Below, piece after piece: positions 23,078 through 34,430 of a stretch of DNA of 64,000 bases (position 1 is its first letter; each line of letters begins with the position of its first letter). Position numbers and translations under genes: made by a program. The DNA is taken from contig LSMY01000002.1 in assembly GCA_001641225.1 (NCBI GenBank), forward strand, positions 3,799 through 67,798. Direction: 5' to 3'. Under the pieces are notes generated by a model. That model was given only the letters and a program-made list of their open reading frames with translations. It searched no databases and had not been told where the DNA came from. The DNA is from Mycoplasma sp. Bg2 (GTDB lineage: Bacteria > Bacillota_I > Bacilli_A > Mycoplasmatales > Hepatoplasmataceae).

Positions 23078-24166
23078 ATGGAATACTCAGCAGTATGAAC
23101 TAATTTTGTAAAAAAATATCAAAATGTTTTAATAAAAAATGAACATGATGTTTATTATTTAACAAAATTTCACTCAACAAATATGTTTGTTTTAATTATT
23201 GAAGGTAAAAAATATGCCTTAACTGATCAGAGATATTTAAAATCAGCAAAAGAAAAATTACTTGATTTTGAATTGGTGGATATGGGAGACCTTACTAGAA
23301 ATTTAGGAAATAAAGTTGAATTAATAAAACTCTTTAAAAAACTTGCAGGGAAAACTCTTTATGTAAGTGAAGATGAATTTACAATTCATGCTTTTAAAAT
23401 TTTGAATAATTTTTTCAAAAACAATGATTTAGAAATTGAGGTAAAAACTATTATTTTTCCTCATTTTAGAGTTATAAAAAGTAAAGAAGAAATTGAAGAT
23501 ACTAGAAAAGCAATTGCAATTTCAGATGATATTTTTTCAAAAATTGTTTCTTGAATTAAACCAGGATTTACAGAATTAGATGTTTTTAAACAAATAATGA
23601 TGTTAACAATTGAATCTGATGCAGATAATGAATCTTTCCCCCCAATTATTGCAGCAGGAATAAATGGAGCAAATCCCCATTGACATTCATCTGATTATGC
23701 AATTAAAGAGAGTGACATGGTCACCATTGATATGGGAGTATTTTATAAAAGAGGTTGTTCTGATATAACAAGAACAATAATTATGGGAACTCCAAGTTCA
23801 AGTCAAAAAGAATTTTATCAAATTATCAAAAAAGCAATGGAACTATCAATTGCCGGAATTAAACCTGGAGTGGCTTTAAAAGATGTAGATGAAATTGGGA
23901 GAAAATTTCTAGCAGATAATGGCTATGGAGAAGATTTCTTTACTCATGGTCTAGGACATGGAATCGGGATTGAACTTCATGAACCACCAACTGCTAATCC
24001 AAAATCAAAAGAAGTTCTTGAAGCAGGAATGATTTTTACTATTGAACCAGGAGTTTATATTCCAAATCAAATGGGTTGTAGACTTGAACAAGATATCTTA
24101 GTTACTAAAGAAGGACATGAAATTCTTAATAAATCAATTGTAAAATTAGAAATTAAGGATAATTAA
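23078..24166 (+). CDS. pepP: Xaa-Pro aminopeptidase/dipeptidase (M24B), copy 2
   Basis: ATG 23078 (AAGGAAG RBS). Frame-2 fragments joined by TGA at 23552 and 23681. Same M24 blocks as copy 1 (DMGVFYKRGCSDITRT, HGLGHGIGIELHEPP). Precedes efp, like yqhT in Bacillus. Confidence 0.85.
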
Positions 24167-24203
24167 GAAGCGCAAACTTATTTATAAAAAAGGAGAAAAG
24201 AAT

Positions 24204-24770
24204 ATGGCGGAAAAACTAAATGTAAATGAATTTAAAACGGGAAGTACTTTTATCTATAATAAAAATGTTTACCAACTTTTAGATGCATCACATGCAAAAT
24301 CAGGAAGAGGGCAAGCACACGTAAAATGTAAAGTGAAAAATCTTTTTACTGGAACAACAACAATGATCACATTTACTGGTGGAGAAAAAGTTGAAAAAGC
24401 TTTTGTACAAAAGAAAGCATTTCAATTTCTTTATCTTGATGGACAAGATGCCGCTTTTATGGATAATGAAACTTTTGAACAAATTACTCTTCCAGTTGAT
24501 CATTTAAAAGATGAACTAAAATTTATGCCTGAAGGTCTTGAAGTCATGGTTACTCGATATGAAGGTAAATTTTTAGGAGTTGAACTTCCTAAAAATGTAA
24601 ATTTAAAGGTAACTCATACTACTGATGCAGTTCGCGGAGATACTGTTACAGCCGCAACTAAAAAAGCAACTGTAAGTACTGGTTATGAACTAGATGTTCC
24701 TCAATTTATTAATAATAATCAAGAAATTGTAATTTCAACTCAAACTGGAAAATACAACGGGAAAGTTTAA
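24204..24770 (+). CDS. efp: Elongation factor P
   Basis: 188-aa intact ORF with AAGGAG RBS. Loop-I region AKSGRGQAHVKCKVKNLFTG. Typical three-domain length. Confidence 0.9.
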   Translation: MAEKLNVNEFKTGSTFIYNKNVYQLLDASHAKSGRGQAHVKCKVKNLFTGTTTMITFTGGEKVEKAFVQKKAFQFLYLDGQDAAFMDNETFEQITLPVDHLKDELKFMPEGLEVMVTRYEGKFLGVELPKNVNLKVTHTTDAVRGDTVTAATKKATVSTGYELDVPQFINNNQEIVISTQTGKYNGKV

Positions 24771-24771
24771 A

Positions 24772-25122
24772 ATGGAAAAAACTTGAGTTGTTGCTTTAGT
24801 AATTCTCGCCGTTTATCCGCTTATTGAACTAATTGTTGGATTTTTCTTTAATTATAAAATTTATATGATCGCAAAAGAACGGTTTAATGTTGCTGCTTTA
24901 ATGGGAGCAACTTCTACCTTTCTTTTTATGATTACGATGGCAATTACTCCTTTAATTTCAGCAAACGCAGATGCTTGATGATTAATTATCATTGCTGCTT
25001 TTGCAGCTGGAGCAGGGAATCTTTGTGCAGCATTACTTGTGCCAAAAGTAGCTAAAAAAATGGGCCACCATGAAAGTGAAAAAGAACAACGGGCAAGATT
25101 AGCAAAGGAAAAGGAAAATTAG
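24772..25122 (+). CDS. Small membrane protein (tandem paralog of 25123..25500)
   Basis: ATG 24772 to TAG 25120-25122, with several TGA=Trp. Shares the motif FFFNYKIYMIAKERF with FTFNFKIHKIAKEEF in the next gene. Confidence 0.55.
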
Positions 25123-25500
25123 ATGTCTGTTTTTTATTATTTTTTAATTTTAATTGTTTTTGCTTTTTTTGAATTTGTTGCTTCCTTTACTTTCAATTTT
25201 AAAATTCATAAAATTGCTAAAGAAGAATTTACTAAAGCAGCAGTTTTAGGGATGATTGCTACGATAGTTTCTTCTATTGCAATTCCAGCTATTGCTTTTG
25301 TTGGTTTATTAGTAATGAATAGTGATGGATCATTTTTAGGACTTGAAGGTTTTGCAGCAGGAGCAGTAATTGTTTTAATTGGAGCAATTTTAGCTTCCAT
25401 CGGTAATTATCTTTCCACAATTATTATTCCTTATATTGGAAATCATTATTGGAAACAAGAATTAAAAAATGATATTTATAAAAAATATAAAATAAAATAG
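25123..25500 (+). CDS. Small membrane protein (tandem paralog of 24772..25122)
   Basis: 125-aa ORF with 3-4 hydrophobic helices and an N-terminal motif shared with the upstream gene. Confidence 0.6.
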   Translation: MSVFYYFLILIVFAFFEFVASFTFNFKIHKIAKEEFTKAAVLGMIATIVSSIAIPAIAFVGLLVMNSDGSFLGLEGFAAGAVIVLIGAILASIGNYLSTIIIPYIGNHYWKQELKNDIYKKYKIK

Positions 25501-25502
25501 TA

Positions 25503-25529
25503 AGCAAGATTTAAATCTTGCTATTTTTT
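25503..25529 (+). terminator. Rho-independent terminator
   Basis: agcaagat-ttaa-atcttgct hairpin followed by attttttg. Confidence 0.75.
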
Positions 25530-25605
25530 GTCTTTTTTGTTTCTAATCAAAGGGAAAAGCAACTCAAAAATGATAAAATAATAAAGTATTGAAAAAGGAA
25601 AAAAA

Positions 25606-26265
25606 ATGAGAATTGTAATTTCTGGAACTGTTGGAATTGGAAAATCCACCACCTCCGAACTATTAAAACAAGAATTGGAAAATAAAGGCTTTAACGTTGC
25701 TTTTTTAAACGAAGAAACAGTAAATTCAATTTACCTAGAGTATTATTATAAATCACCCCAAGACTGAGCCTTTGTTGCTCAATTAGACTTTCTTTTAGGA
25801 AGATTCAAACAATGATTAGTTGATGAAAAAAGACAAAGTAAATTAACTCCAAAAGAAAAAGAAACTGATTTTACAGTTTATGATCGTCATTTTTTAGATG
25901 ATTATGTTTTTGCTGAATTACATGCAATTAAAGAAAATATTTCAATGTTTAATTCTATTACTTATCAAGCAATCTATAAAGAATTAACCGATAAAATGGC
26001 TAAACTTGATGCAAGACCAGATTATTTCTTCCTATTAAAAGCTTCATTACCAACTGTAATAGAACGCCTAGAAGGAAGAGGACGTGAAGTTGAAACTGAA
26101 ACTCCAATTGAATATTGGAAAGATCTTTATCATAATTATTATGATCGTCCAATGTTTCAAAATCATTTCCAACAAAATTCAAAACATTTTGTAGAAATAA
26201 ATACAGAAAATAAAGAACCAAAAGTAATTGTTGAAGAAATTCTTGCAATTATTTTGGATAAATAA
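25606..26265 (+). CDS. Deoxynucleoside kinase family protein, copy 1
   Basis: P-loop ISGTVGIGKST, DRHFLDD, lid ERLEGRGREVE. Frame-1 fragments joined by TGA. Confidence 0.8.
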
Positions 26266-26279
26266 GATACTGGTCAAAA

Positions 26280-26942
26280 ATGAAAATAATAATTAGCGGA
26301 ACTTCTGGAGTCGGAAAATCCACAACAGTTAAAGCATTAAAAAAATATTTTGAAGCCCAAGGGAAAGAGGTTTCTGTTCTTGGTGAACTTGTTGTGGGAA
26401 ATCCATATTTTGATTTATATTTTAATGACATTACAAATTGAGGATTTCTTGCTCAACTAGATTTTCTAGTACAAAGATTTGATCAATGAGTAAAAATGGA
26501 ACAAAGTTATATAAATGATAAAAATCATATTGTAATTTATGATCGTCATTTTTTAGAAGACCTTATTTTTTCAGAATTAAAAGAAGTAAGAGAAGCATAT
26601 TCAACAAATTTGCAGAATGCTTATAAAGTTGTTTATTATGAGCTTCTTAAAAAAGTAGAAGAATTTCAAGAATTTGAAAAACCTGACTTTTTTATCATGT
26701 TAAAAGCCTCATTTGATACAGTAGAACAAAGACAATTTGTACAAAGAGGAAGAGCTTTAGAAGATAAATTTGATCAAAAATATTGGCAAGATCTTTATTA
26801 TCGTTATTATTCAAAAAGTTTTTATCGGAAAATATTTGTAGATTATACTAAGAATTTTGTTGATATTGATACTGATAATAGCACCCCTGATGAAGTGGTT
26901 GCTAAAATTATTAAATATATTAAACATAGAAGTGGGAAGTAA
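26280..26942 (+). CDS. Deoxynucleoside kinase family protein, copy 2
   Basis: P-loop ISGTSGVGKST, DRHFLED, lid QRGRALE. Frame-3 fragments joined by TGA. Confidence 0.8.
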
Positions 26943-26943
26943 A

Positions 26944-27579
26944 ATGAAAGTTGTTATTTCTGGAACAGTTGGTGTTGGAAAAACAACTGTTTCTGAATTA
27001 TTAAAAAACACACTAGAAAAAAATAATCAGGTAAATTTGAATTTAGAAATTCCTTATGAAAATCCTTATTTATCTTTTTATTATAAAAATCGTACTGAAT
27101 GATCTTTTCTTATTCAACTTGACTATATGTTAAACCGATTTAAAGCCCTAATTAAAGTTGAACAATTAATGGAAACTAATTCAAATAGTATTGCTATTTT
27201 TGATCGTCATTTTTTAGATGATTTTATTTTTGGCTCAATGAAAATTATTCGTGAAGATATGTCTGCTATGCAGTGGAATCAATATGCTTTAATTACTAAA
27301 AATTTAGTTTCTAGAATTAATTATGATGATCGTCCAGATTATTTCTTTCTTTTAAAAGCTAGCTTTGAAAATGTAATTGAACGGATTAAAAAACGTTCAC
27401 GTGAAGAAGAATTAGACGTTGATGTTAATTATTGAAAAAATCTTTATGAACAATATTATGAAAATCCTTCAATTGTTGAGTACCTTAAAACAAATGTTAA
27501 GAATTTAATTTATATAAATACAGATGATAAATCCCCAAAACAAATTACAGATGAAATAATTACTTATTTAAAAAAATAA
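26944..27579 (+). CDS. Deoxynucleoside kinase family protein, copy 3
   Basis: P-loop ISGTVGVGKTT, DRHFLDD, lid ERIKKRSREEE. Frame-1 fragments joined by TGA. The internal ATG at 26944 follows the copy-2 stop by 1 nt. Confidence 0.8.
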
Positions 27580-27600
27580 TGACTTAGTCATTATTTTTTT
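27571..27600. terminator. Bidirectional terminator between convergent genes
   Basis: aaaaaaataatgac-tta-gtcattattttttt palindrome. Overlaps both convergent stop codons. Confidence 0.6.
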
Positions 27601-28121
27601 ATCTTAAAATTAATGTAATCATTTTCAATTTCTTTTGTAGTTGTTATTGCAATTTTATATTGATAAATTGTTGCTAAAGTAAGAATAACTTTATCTAAAT
27701 TGAATTCTTTATTATCAATAATATTTAAAACTAAATTATCTTTTTTAATTTCTTCAATATTTGAAATGATTTTTGTTGTTTCTTTTAAAAATCACTCTGT
27801 TGTTGTCATGGACTCATTTCTATTTGTTGGGTCAAATTCATTTAAATTAAAAGTTATGAAATGAGTAGTTGGGAATCTTTTTCCTTCTTTTAAAATTCTT
27901 TTTAAATTAGTAATTAAAAGAGGACTATAGATTATTGCAAGAGCACCTTTTTCAAAAACTCTAATTCCAAAATAATCATTATTGTTGATATCAACAATTG
28001 GATTTTTCTTAAAATCAAAATTTTTCCAATCAGCATTAGTTTTAAGCACAAAAATATTTTCAATTAATGCCTTTGAGGTATATGTTGTTTTTAATTTATG
28101 GTCCTTATTATTTGCGTTCAT
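27591..28121 (-). CDS. Hypothetical protein (start uncertain: ATG 28121, TTG 28148 or ATG 28163)
   Basis: ORF 27792..28148 extends through TGA 27792-27794 for 66 more codons to TAA 27591-27593. Its 5' end overlaps the plsY 3' end. Confidence 0.5.
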
Positions 28122-28920
28122 TTCTAAGTAACAATTCTTTTCCTTCAATCATTCTTGAAACATTTGGAATGTGTTTTAATTCAACAAGTAAAACAACAAC
28201 AAATGTTGCAGGCCAAATTGTTCACATTAAAGATCATGGATTAACAATTAGATAAGCATCACTAATATAGAAGTATGGTACAAACATTAATAGAGCTCCA
28301 CCAAGAGCAGTTCCAATCATAGAGGCTAAGGCCATATTTTTTTTTGTTTTTAAAATTAAAAGAAAAACTAAAATTGCAACAGTGGCCATAACTCAATTTA
28401 TTAAAATGATAAGTCCAAAAGAAGTGGCAACACTTTTCCCACCTTTAAATTTAAAAAAGAGGGGATAAGCATGTCCTATCGAAACAAAAACAAGGGCAAG
28501 TGGAATTGCCATATATAAAGTTAAGGTAAGTGATTGTTGTTTATATGTGTTATCTGCAATAGTCGGTAAACTAGCAGCAATCATCCATATAATTATTCCA
28601 GCCACAATTGATTTAGAAACATCTAGAGCAAAAACAAGGGCAAATCCACTTGCTCCTCAAGCACGTCCAGCATTAGTTGATCCAAAATTTCCTGATCCGA
28701 AACTACCTAAATCTTCTTTTTTTATTTTTGACATAATTTGTCCAGTATTAATAGAACCAATTAAATAAGCTAGAAGAGCAAAAACAAGAAAACCCAAAAT
28801 AAATCATCAAGTAAGAAACCCTACTTTTTCATCGGTATTTTCGAAAATTTTGAAAAAATTTTGAGAACTGGCATTTCCTCCATAAATTCCTTCTATTAAT
28901 GAGTCTGAAATTATTCACAT
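28108..28920 (-). CDS. plsY: Glycerol-3-phosphate acyltransferase PlsY
   Basis: I translated by hand through several TGA=Trp codons from ATG 28918-28920 to TAA 28108-28110. Motifs GSGNFGSTNAGRAWG, FKGGKSVATSFG, and a C-terminal ..HIPNVSRMIEGKE. Confidence 0.8.
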
Positions 28921-28965
28921 AATTATGTTAATTATAATGTTTTTTATTATTATAATTTAAATAAT

Positions 28966-30237
28966 ATGAGTGATAAAGTAATTTTTACAATTGATGTTGA
29001 TGCCTTCTTTGCATCTTGTGAAGAAGCAAGACATCCGGAGTTTAGGGGAATGCCAATTATTATTGGAAATGTTCACCTAAAAAATAAAGGTATTGTTGGT
29101 GCTTGTAATTATCCTGCAAGAAAACATGGAGTTCATAGTGGAATGCCAATTTATAAAGCAAAAAGGCTTTGTGCTAAAGCAACAATTATTAATTCTGATT
29201 ATGAATATTATGTAGAAAAATCAGAAGAGATTTTTCAAATTATTGCTTCTTTTTCTAAACAATTGGAAGTAGCCTCCATTGATGAATGTTATCTGGATGT
29301 TACAACAATTCTTAAGGGAAGTGATCCAATTGATTTAGCTTGAGAAATTCAACAAAAAATTCAAAAGGAAACAGGATTAACAGTCTCAATTGGAATAAGC
29401 GATAATAAATTGCTTTCTAAAATTGCATCAAAATTTGATAAACCACATGGGATAAGTACACTTTATACATTTGAAATTGAACAAAAACTTTGACCTCTTC
29501 CAATTTTTAAAATGCAATATATTGGAAAAGCAACAACTAATTATTTACAAAGTAAAGGAATCAATTATATTGTTGATCTAATTAATTTAGTTGATGACTA
29601 TGATAAATATCAAGAAATAAAAAAAGCATTAGGAATTCGCTTAGATGAATATATAAGCTCAGCAAGGGGAAAAACAATTTCTGATGTTAACAGAGAAAAT
29701 CATTTTTTAAAATCAATTTCTTTTGGAAAAACATTTACCTTTGATTTAGTTTCTTCTTCTGAAGTAGTAGATGAATTATTCAAAATTACCAAAAAAATTG
29801 TAGCTAGACTTGAATATCGTGCACTTACTTGTAGAACAATTGCTTTGGAAACTAAAGATAAAGGGGCATTAAATCCTTCTTCAAAAATTCAATTGAGTTT
29901 AGAGCATGGAACCAATTCTATTGAAGATATTTGATCAGTAGTGATGAAATTGTATGATACTTGATATACAAATCAATTAGTAAGATTTATTGCTATCTCA
30001 GTAAACAATCTTGAAGATGCTCTTTTTAAATACACTCAAATGACTTTGGATGATTTAACAAAAAGTGAAGTTGAGAAAAAAATTAATTCTCGAGAAGAAC
30101 TTTTAATTCTTGATTTAAATCAAATTGTTGGTTATGAAGCTTTTTCTACATTAGATCAATTTCAAAAATTAAAAAGATTCAATGATAAATCATTAAATAG
30201 TAATGACCGGGTTAAATTTAAAAGATGAGAAAAATAA
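28966..30237 (+). CDS. dinB: DNA polymerase IV (Y-family)
   Basis: FTIDVDAFFASCEE, SIDECYLDV, SIGISDNKLLSKIASKFDKPHG. Three frame-1 fragments joined by TGA. Confidence 0.85.
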
Positions 30238-30310
30238 AATTATCATAATTAATTATAAATAGAGATAATTAAAATAATGAGAAATTAATAATTAACTAAT
30301 AAGGGGAAAT

Positions 30311-30673
30311 ATGGCTAAAAGTACATTAAGAACTATTCTTTATACAGTAAATACTGCTTCAAGAGTGCAAACCAATAAACAACGTGTTATAAATATGAAA
30401 CAAACAGAAGCACTTAGAGTGCAAAAAGAAGTTGACAAAGCAAGAAATCTTGCTATTAAAGAAATGGCTGCTTCAATTGCAATTTATCGCAAAAATCATT
30501 TAAGCTATGAAGAAATATATTCTGAACTTAACGGTTTTGAAAAAGGATTTGAAACAGTTGATCAATTTCAAAAAACCTATATTAAGTTTATCAATACAAA
30601 GGCATTAACAACAAAAAAATGGGAAGTTATTTTAGAACAAGAATTATTAAGCAATTTACCAACAAAAGATTAA
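30311..30673 (+). CDS. Hypothetical protein, third member of the 'IxIYRKxxLxYxEI' family
   Basis: 120-aa ORF with AAGGGGA RBS. ..AASIAIYRKNHLSYEEIYSELNGFEKGFETVDQFQKTYIKFINTKALTTKKWEVILEQEL aligns with the C-termini of 1..516 and 922..1341. The N-terminus resembles that of 922..1341. Confidence 0.65.
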   Translation: MAKSTLRTILYTVNTASRVQTNKQRVINMKQTEALRVQKEVDKARNLAIKEMAASIAIYRKNHLSYEEIYSELNGFEKGFETVDQFQKTYIKFINTKALTTKKWEVILEQELLSNLPTKD

Positions 30674-30759
30674 ATTTATTAAATAATTTTAGCTTTCATT
30701 TATAAATTACTTAAATTAAAAGTAAAAATTCTAAAATAGTATAATTAAATGGATTAATT

Positions 30760-31593
30760 ATGAATAAACCAAAATTAAAACATCTAGATACAAACAAAAA
30801 ATATATTATTGCAACTGATTTGGATCATACTTTTTTAACTCATGATAATTCCGGGATGCTGATTGATAATTACCGAGCAGTAAAAGCTGTAAAAGAAAGT
30901 GGGAATTATTTTGTTATTGCAACAGGAAGATCATGATGATCAACAAAAATGGTTTATGAACAATTAGACCTTGACACTCCTTCTATTAATTTTTCTGGTG
31001 TTTATGTAAACAATAGAAAAATGAACAGCAAAGAAAATATTGCGGATGAATTAGAAATTTATTTAGATAAATTAGATCGAGATTTTATTATAAAATTTGT
31101 AAATAAATTTGAATTACTTAAAAAAACAAATGAGTTTGCTGTTGCTGGCAAAAAATATGTTGCCTTTTTTGATGAAACAAGTAATATCAATGACCTCTTC
31201 TTTGATTCTTATGAACTTATTTTAGAAATGAAGTCTGAATATAGTACAACTGCTTTTGCAAACGAAGTAAGAGATTATGTTGAACCAAGATATCAACTTA
31301 GAATTTGAAATGATTATGTAGAAAATGGAAGTTTTCATTTAGTTATTTCTCCTACCGGAACAAATAAGGCCTATGGGTTAGCTGCAATTGCAAAACAGTT
31401 AAATGTAGCTCAAGAAAATGTAATCTATTTTGGAGATAACATTAATGATATTGAAGCATTAAAATGAGCTGGATATTCAATTGTTCCTGCAAATGCAATT
31501 GTGGAAGCAAAATTATATGCTGATGAAATTTTAGAGTTGCCTTATACTAAGGGAGCAGTTGCTAAAAGAATTTTGGATTTAATTTATGGATAA
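30760..31593 (+). CDS. Cof-type HAD-IIB hydrolase
   Basis: Motif I IIATDLDHTFL, ATGRSWW, motif III YFGDNINDIEALKWAGYSIVPANA. Fragments joined by TGA. Confidence 0.75.
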
Positions 31594-32317
31594 GATTACC
31601 TCATTAAAAAACCCTTATATTAAAAGTCTTGCGAAACTAAATTCTAAAAAGAATATTTTAGAAGCAGGTATTTTTTTAATTGAAGGAAAAAATGTTATCA
31701 CGGAAGCTTATGAAAAAGGAAGACTTGAAAAATTGCTTGTTACTGATTTATCAATTTTTAAAACATTTAATCTTGAAAAAGTTTTAGTAACAGAAGGAAT
31801 TATTGCTAAAATTTCTGCAAATGTTTCAAACAATGAAGCAGTAGGAATTTGTCGAATTATTCCAGAGCTTCCTGATTTTGATGCTTATAAAAAAGTAATT
31901 TTACTTGATGGCATTAATGATCCAGGAAATTTTGGGACAATTATTAGAACAGCCTATGCTTTTAATTTTGATGCTATTTTCACAATTAATGATAGTGTTT
32001 TTGAATATAATCCTAAGTTAATTCGGGCAACGCAAGGTGCAATTTTTAATATGCCAATTTTTCATTTAAAAACTTTGGAAAATTTAAAAGACTACAAAAC
32101 TTTTAGATTTGTAATAAATGAAAAGGCAAAAGATTTAAATCAAGTTGAGCAACAAGCAGGTAAAGTTCTCCTTGTTTTTGGTAACGAAGCTAATGGGATT
32201 ACTAAAGAAACTCTTGAGATTTTAACTGGTGAAGATGTCTTTATTAAAATAAGCAATATTGATTCTTTAAATGTAGCAATTAGTGCTGGAATTGCCATGG
32301 AAAAGTTTAATAATTAA
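31586..32317 (+). CDS. TrmH/SpoU-family RNA 2'-O-methyltransferase
   Basis: 243-aa ORF. SpoU motifs DGINDPGNFGTIIRTA, LVFGNEANGI, SLNVAISAGIAM. Lies a few genes upstream of pheS-pheT, recalling ysgA in Bacillus. Confidence 0.75.
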   Translation: MDKITSLKNPYIKSLAKLNSKKNILEAGIFLIEGKNVITEAYEKGRLEKLLVTDLSIFKTFNLEKVLVTEGIIAKISANVSNNEAVGICRIIPELPDFDAYKKVILLDGINDPGNFGTIIRTAYAFNFDAIFTINDSVFEYNPKLIRATQGAIFNMPIFHLKTLENLKDYKTFRFVINEKAKDLNQVEQQAGKVLLVFGNEANGITKETLEILTGEDVFIKISNIDSLNVAISAGIAMEKFNN

Positions 32318-32318
32318 G

Positions 32319-33017
32319 ATGGAAAAAGTAATTTTATTAGTTCATGGTTATAAACGACACGAGCAACACGATTTTGATGACTTTTTTCTTTATGCAAAAG
32401 ATAAACTTAATTGTCCAATTGAAAAAGTCTATTGGTTTGATAATTATGATAAAAAAACTTTGACAACTGAAAGTTTTTTAACACAAATTGATCAAGTAAT
32501 GGAAAAATACCAAGATAAAGAAATTATTATTATTTCATATTCTATGGGAGCATGCTTATTTTTAACAGAAGGGTATAAGTGGAAAAACATTACTGATATT
32601 TTTGCTATTTATCCTACCTATTATATTTCTCATTTTGGTTGATTAGGGAAAATTTTTAAAACAATCAAATTAAGAAGAAAATTGCGTAAAAAACTTTCTA
32701 AAGAAAGATATAAACGTTTACTGCAAAATAAAGAAAAAGCACCAGTAGAAAAATATCCAATTAGATTAACTTTGGAAATGAACAATTTTAGAATGTATCT
32801 ACTTAAAAATCTTGGAAAAGTTACCGATAAAAATTTGTATATTTTTCTAAATCATAAGGATGAAGCAAATAAAACTAAAAAAACTTATAAAGTACTAAAA
32901 AAAAGAATAGATACAGACAATAGAGTTACATATTATTGAATAAATGAGTCGCATTATACAATTTTAATTCACAATCCCGATCTCTATGATCAATTAATCG
33001 ATTTATTAAATCTTTAA
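32319..33017 (+). CDS. Alpha/beta-hydrolase-like protein
   Basis: MEKVILLVHGYKRH.. and nucleophile-elbow-like ISYSMGA. Frame-3 fragments joined by TGA at 32640 and 32937. Confidence 0.5.
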
Positions 33018-33079
33018 AATACTTATAAGAATATAATTAAACTATATAAATAATTTGAAACAGGAATAGAGGAAACAAT

Positions 33080-33382
33080 ATGTTTAAAATAATAGATGCT
33101 CCAGAAGAATTTACCGAGGCAAAAGCAAAAAATGAAGTAATGATTGTCAATTTTTTTGCAACTTGGTGTGGACCTTGTCAAATGTTCGCCCCAATTTTAG
33201 AAAAATTTGCACTTAAAACTGATTTTACAATTTTGAAAATAGATATTGATACTTTCGGTGATCTTGCTAGTGATTATAATGTTCAAGGAGTTCCTACTAC
33301 TATTTTAATTAAAAATGGTAAGGAAGTTAAGAGAGAAACGGGATTTATTCCTGAAAATAAACTAGATGAGTTTATAAAATAG
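33080..33382 (+). CDS. trxA: Thioredoxin
   Basis: 100 aa, active site WCGPC, GVPTTILIKNG. Confidence 0.9.
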   Translation: MFKIIDAPEEFTEAKAKNEVMIVNFFATWCGPCQMFAPILEKFALKTDFTILKIDIDTFGDLASDYNVQGVPTTILIKNGKEVKRETGFIPENKLDEFIK

Positions 33383-33398
33383 GTTAATTGATTAAATC

Positions 33399-34429
<1,031 letters not shown>

Positions 34430-34430
<1 letters not shown>

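Noticed and set aside
26000-27011. Minus-strand ORFs 26000..26248, 26249..26431 and 26811..27011.
   Set aside because: They are antisense to the dNK genes, which carry clear P-loop and DRH motifs.
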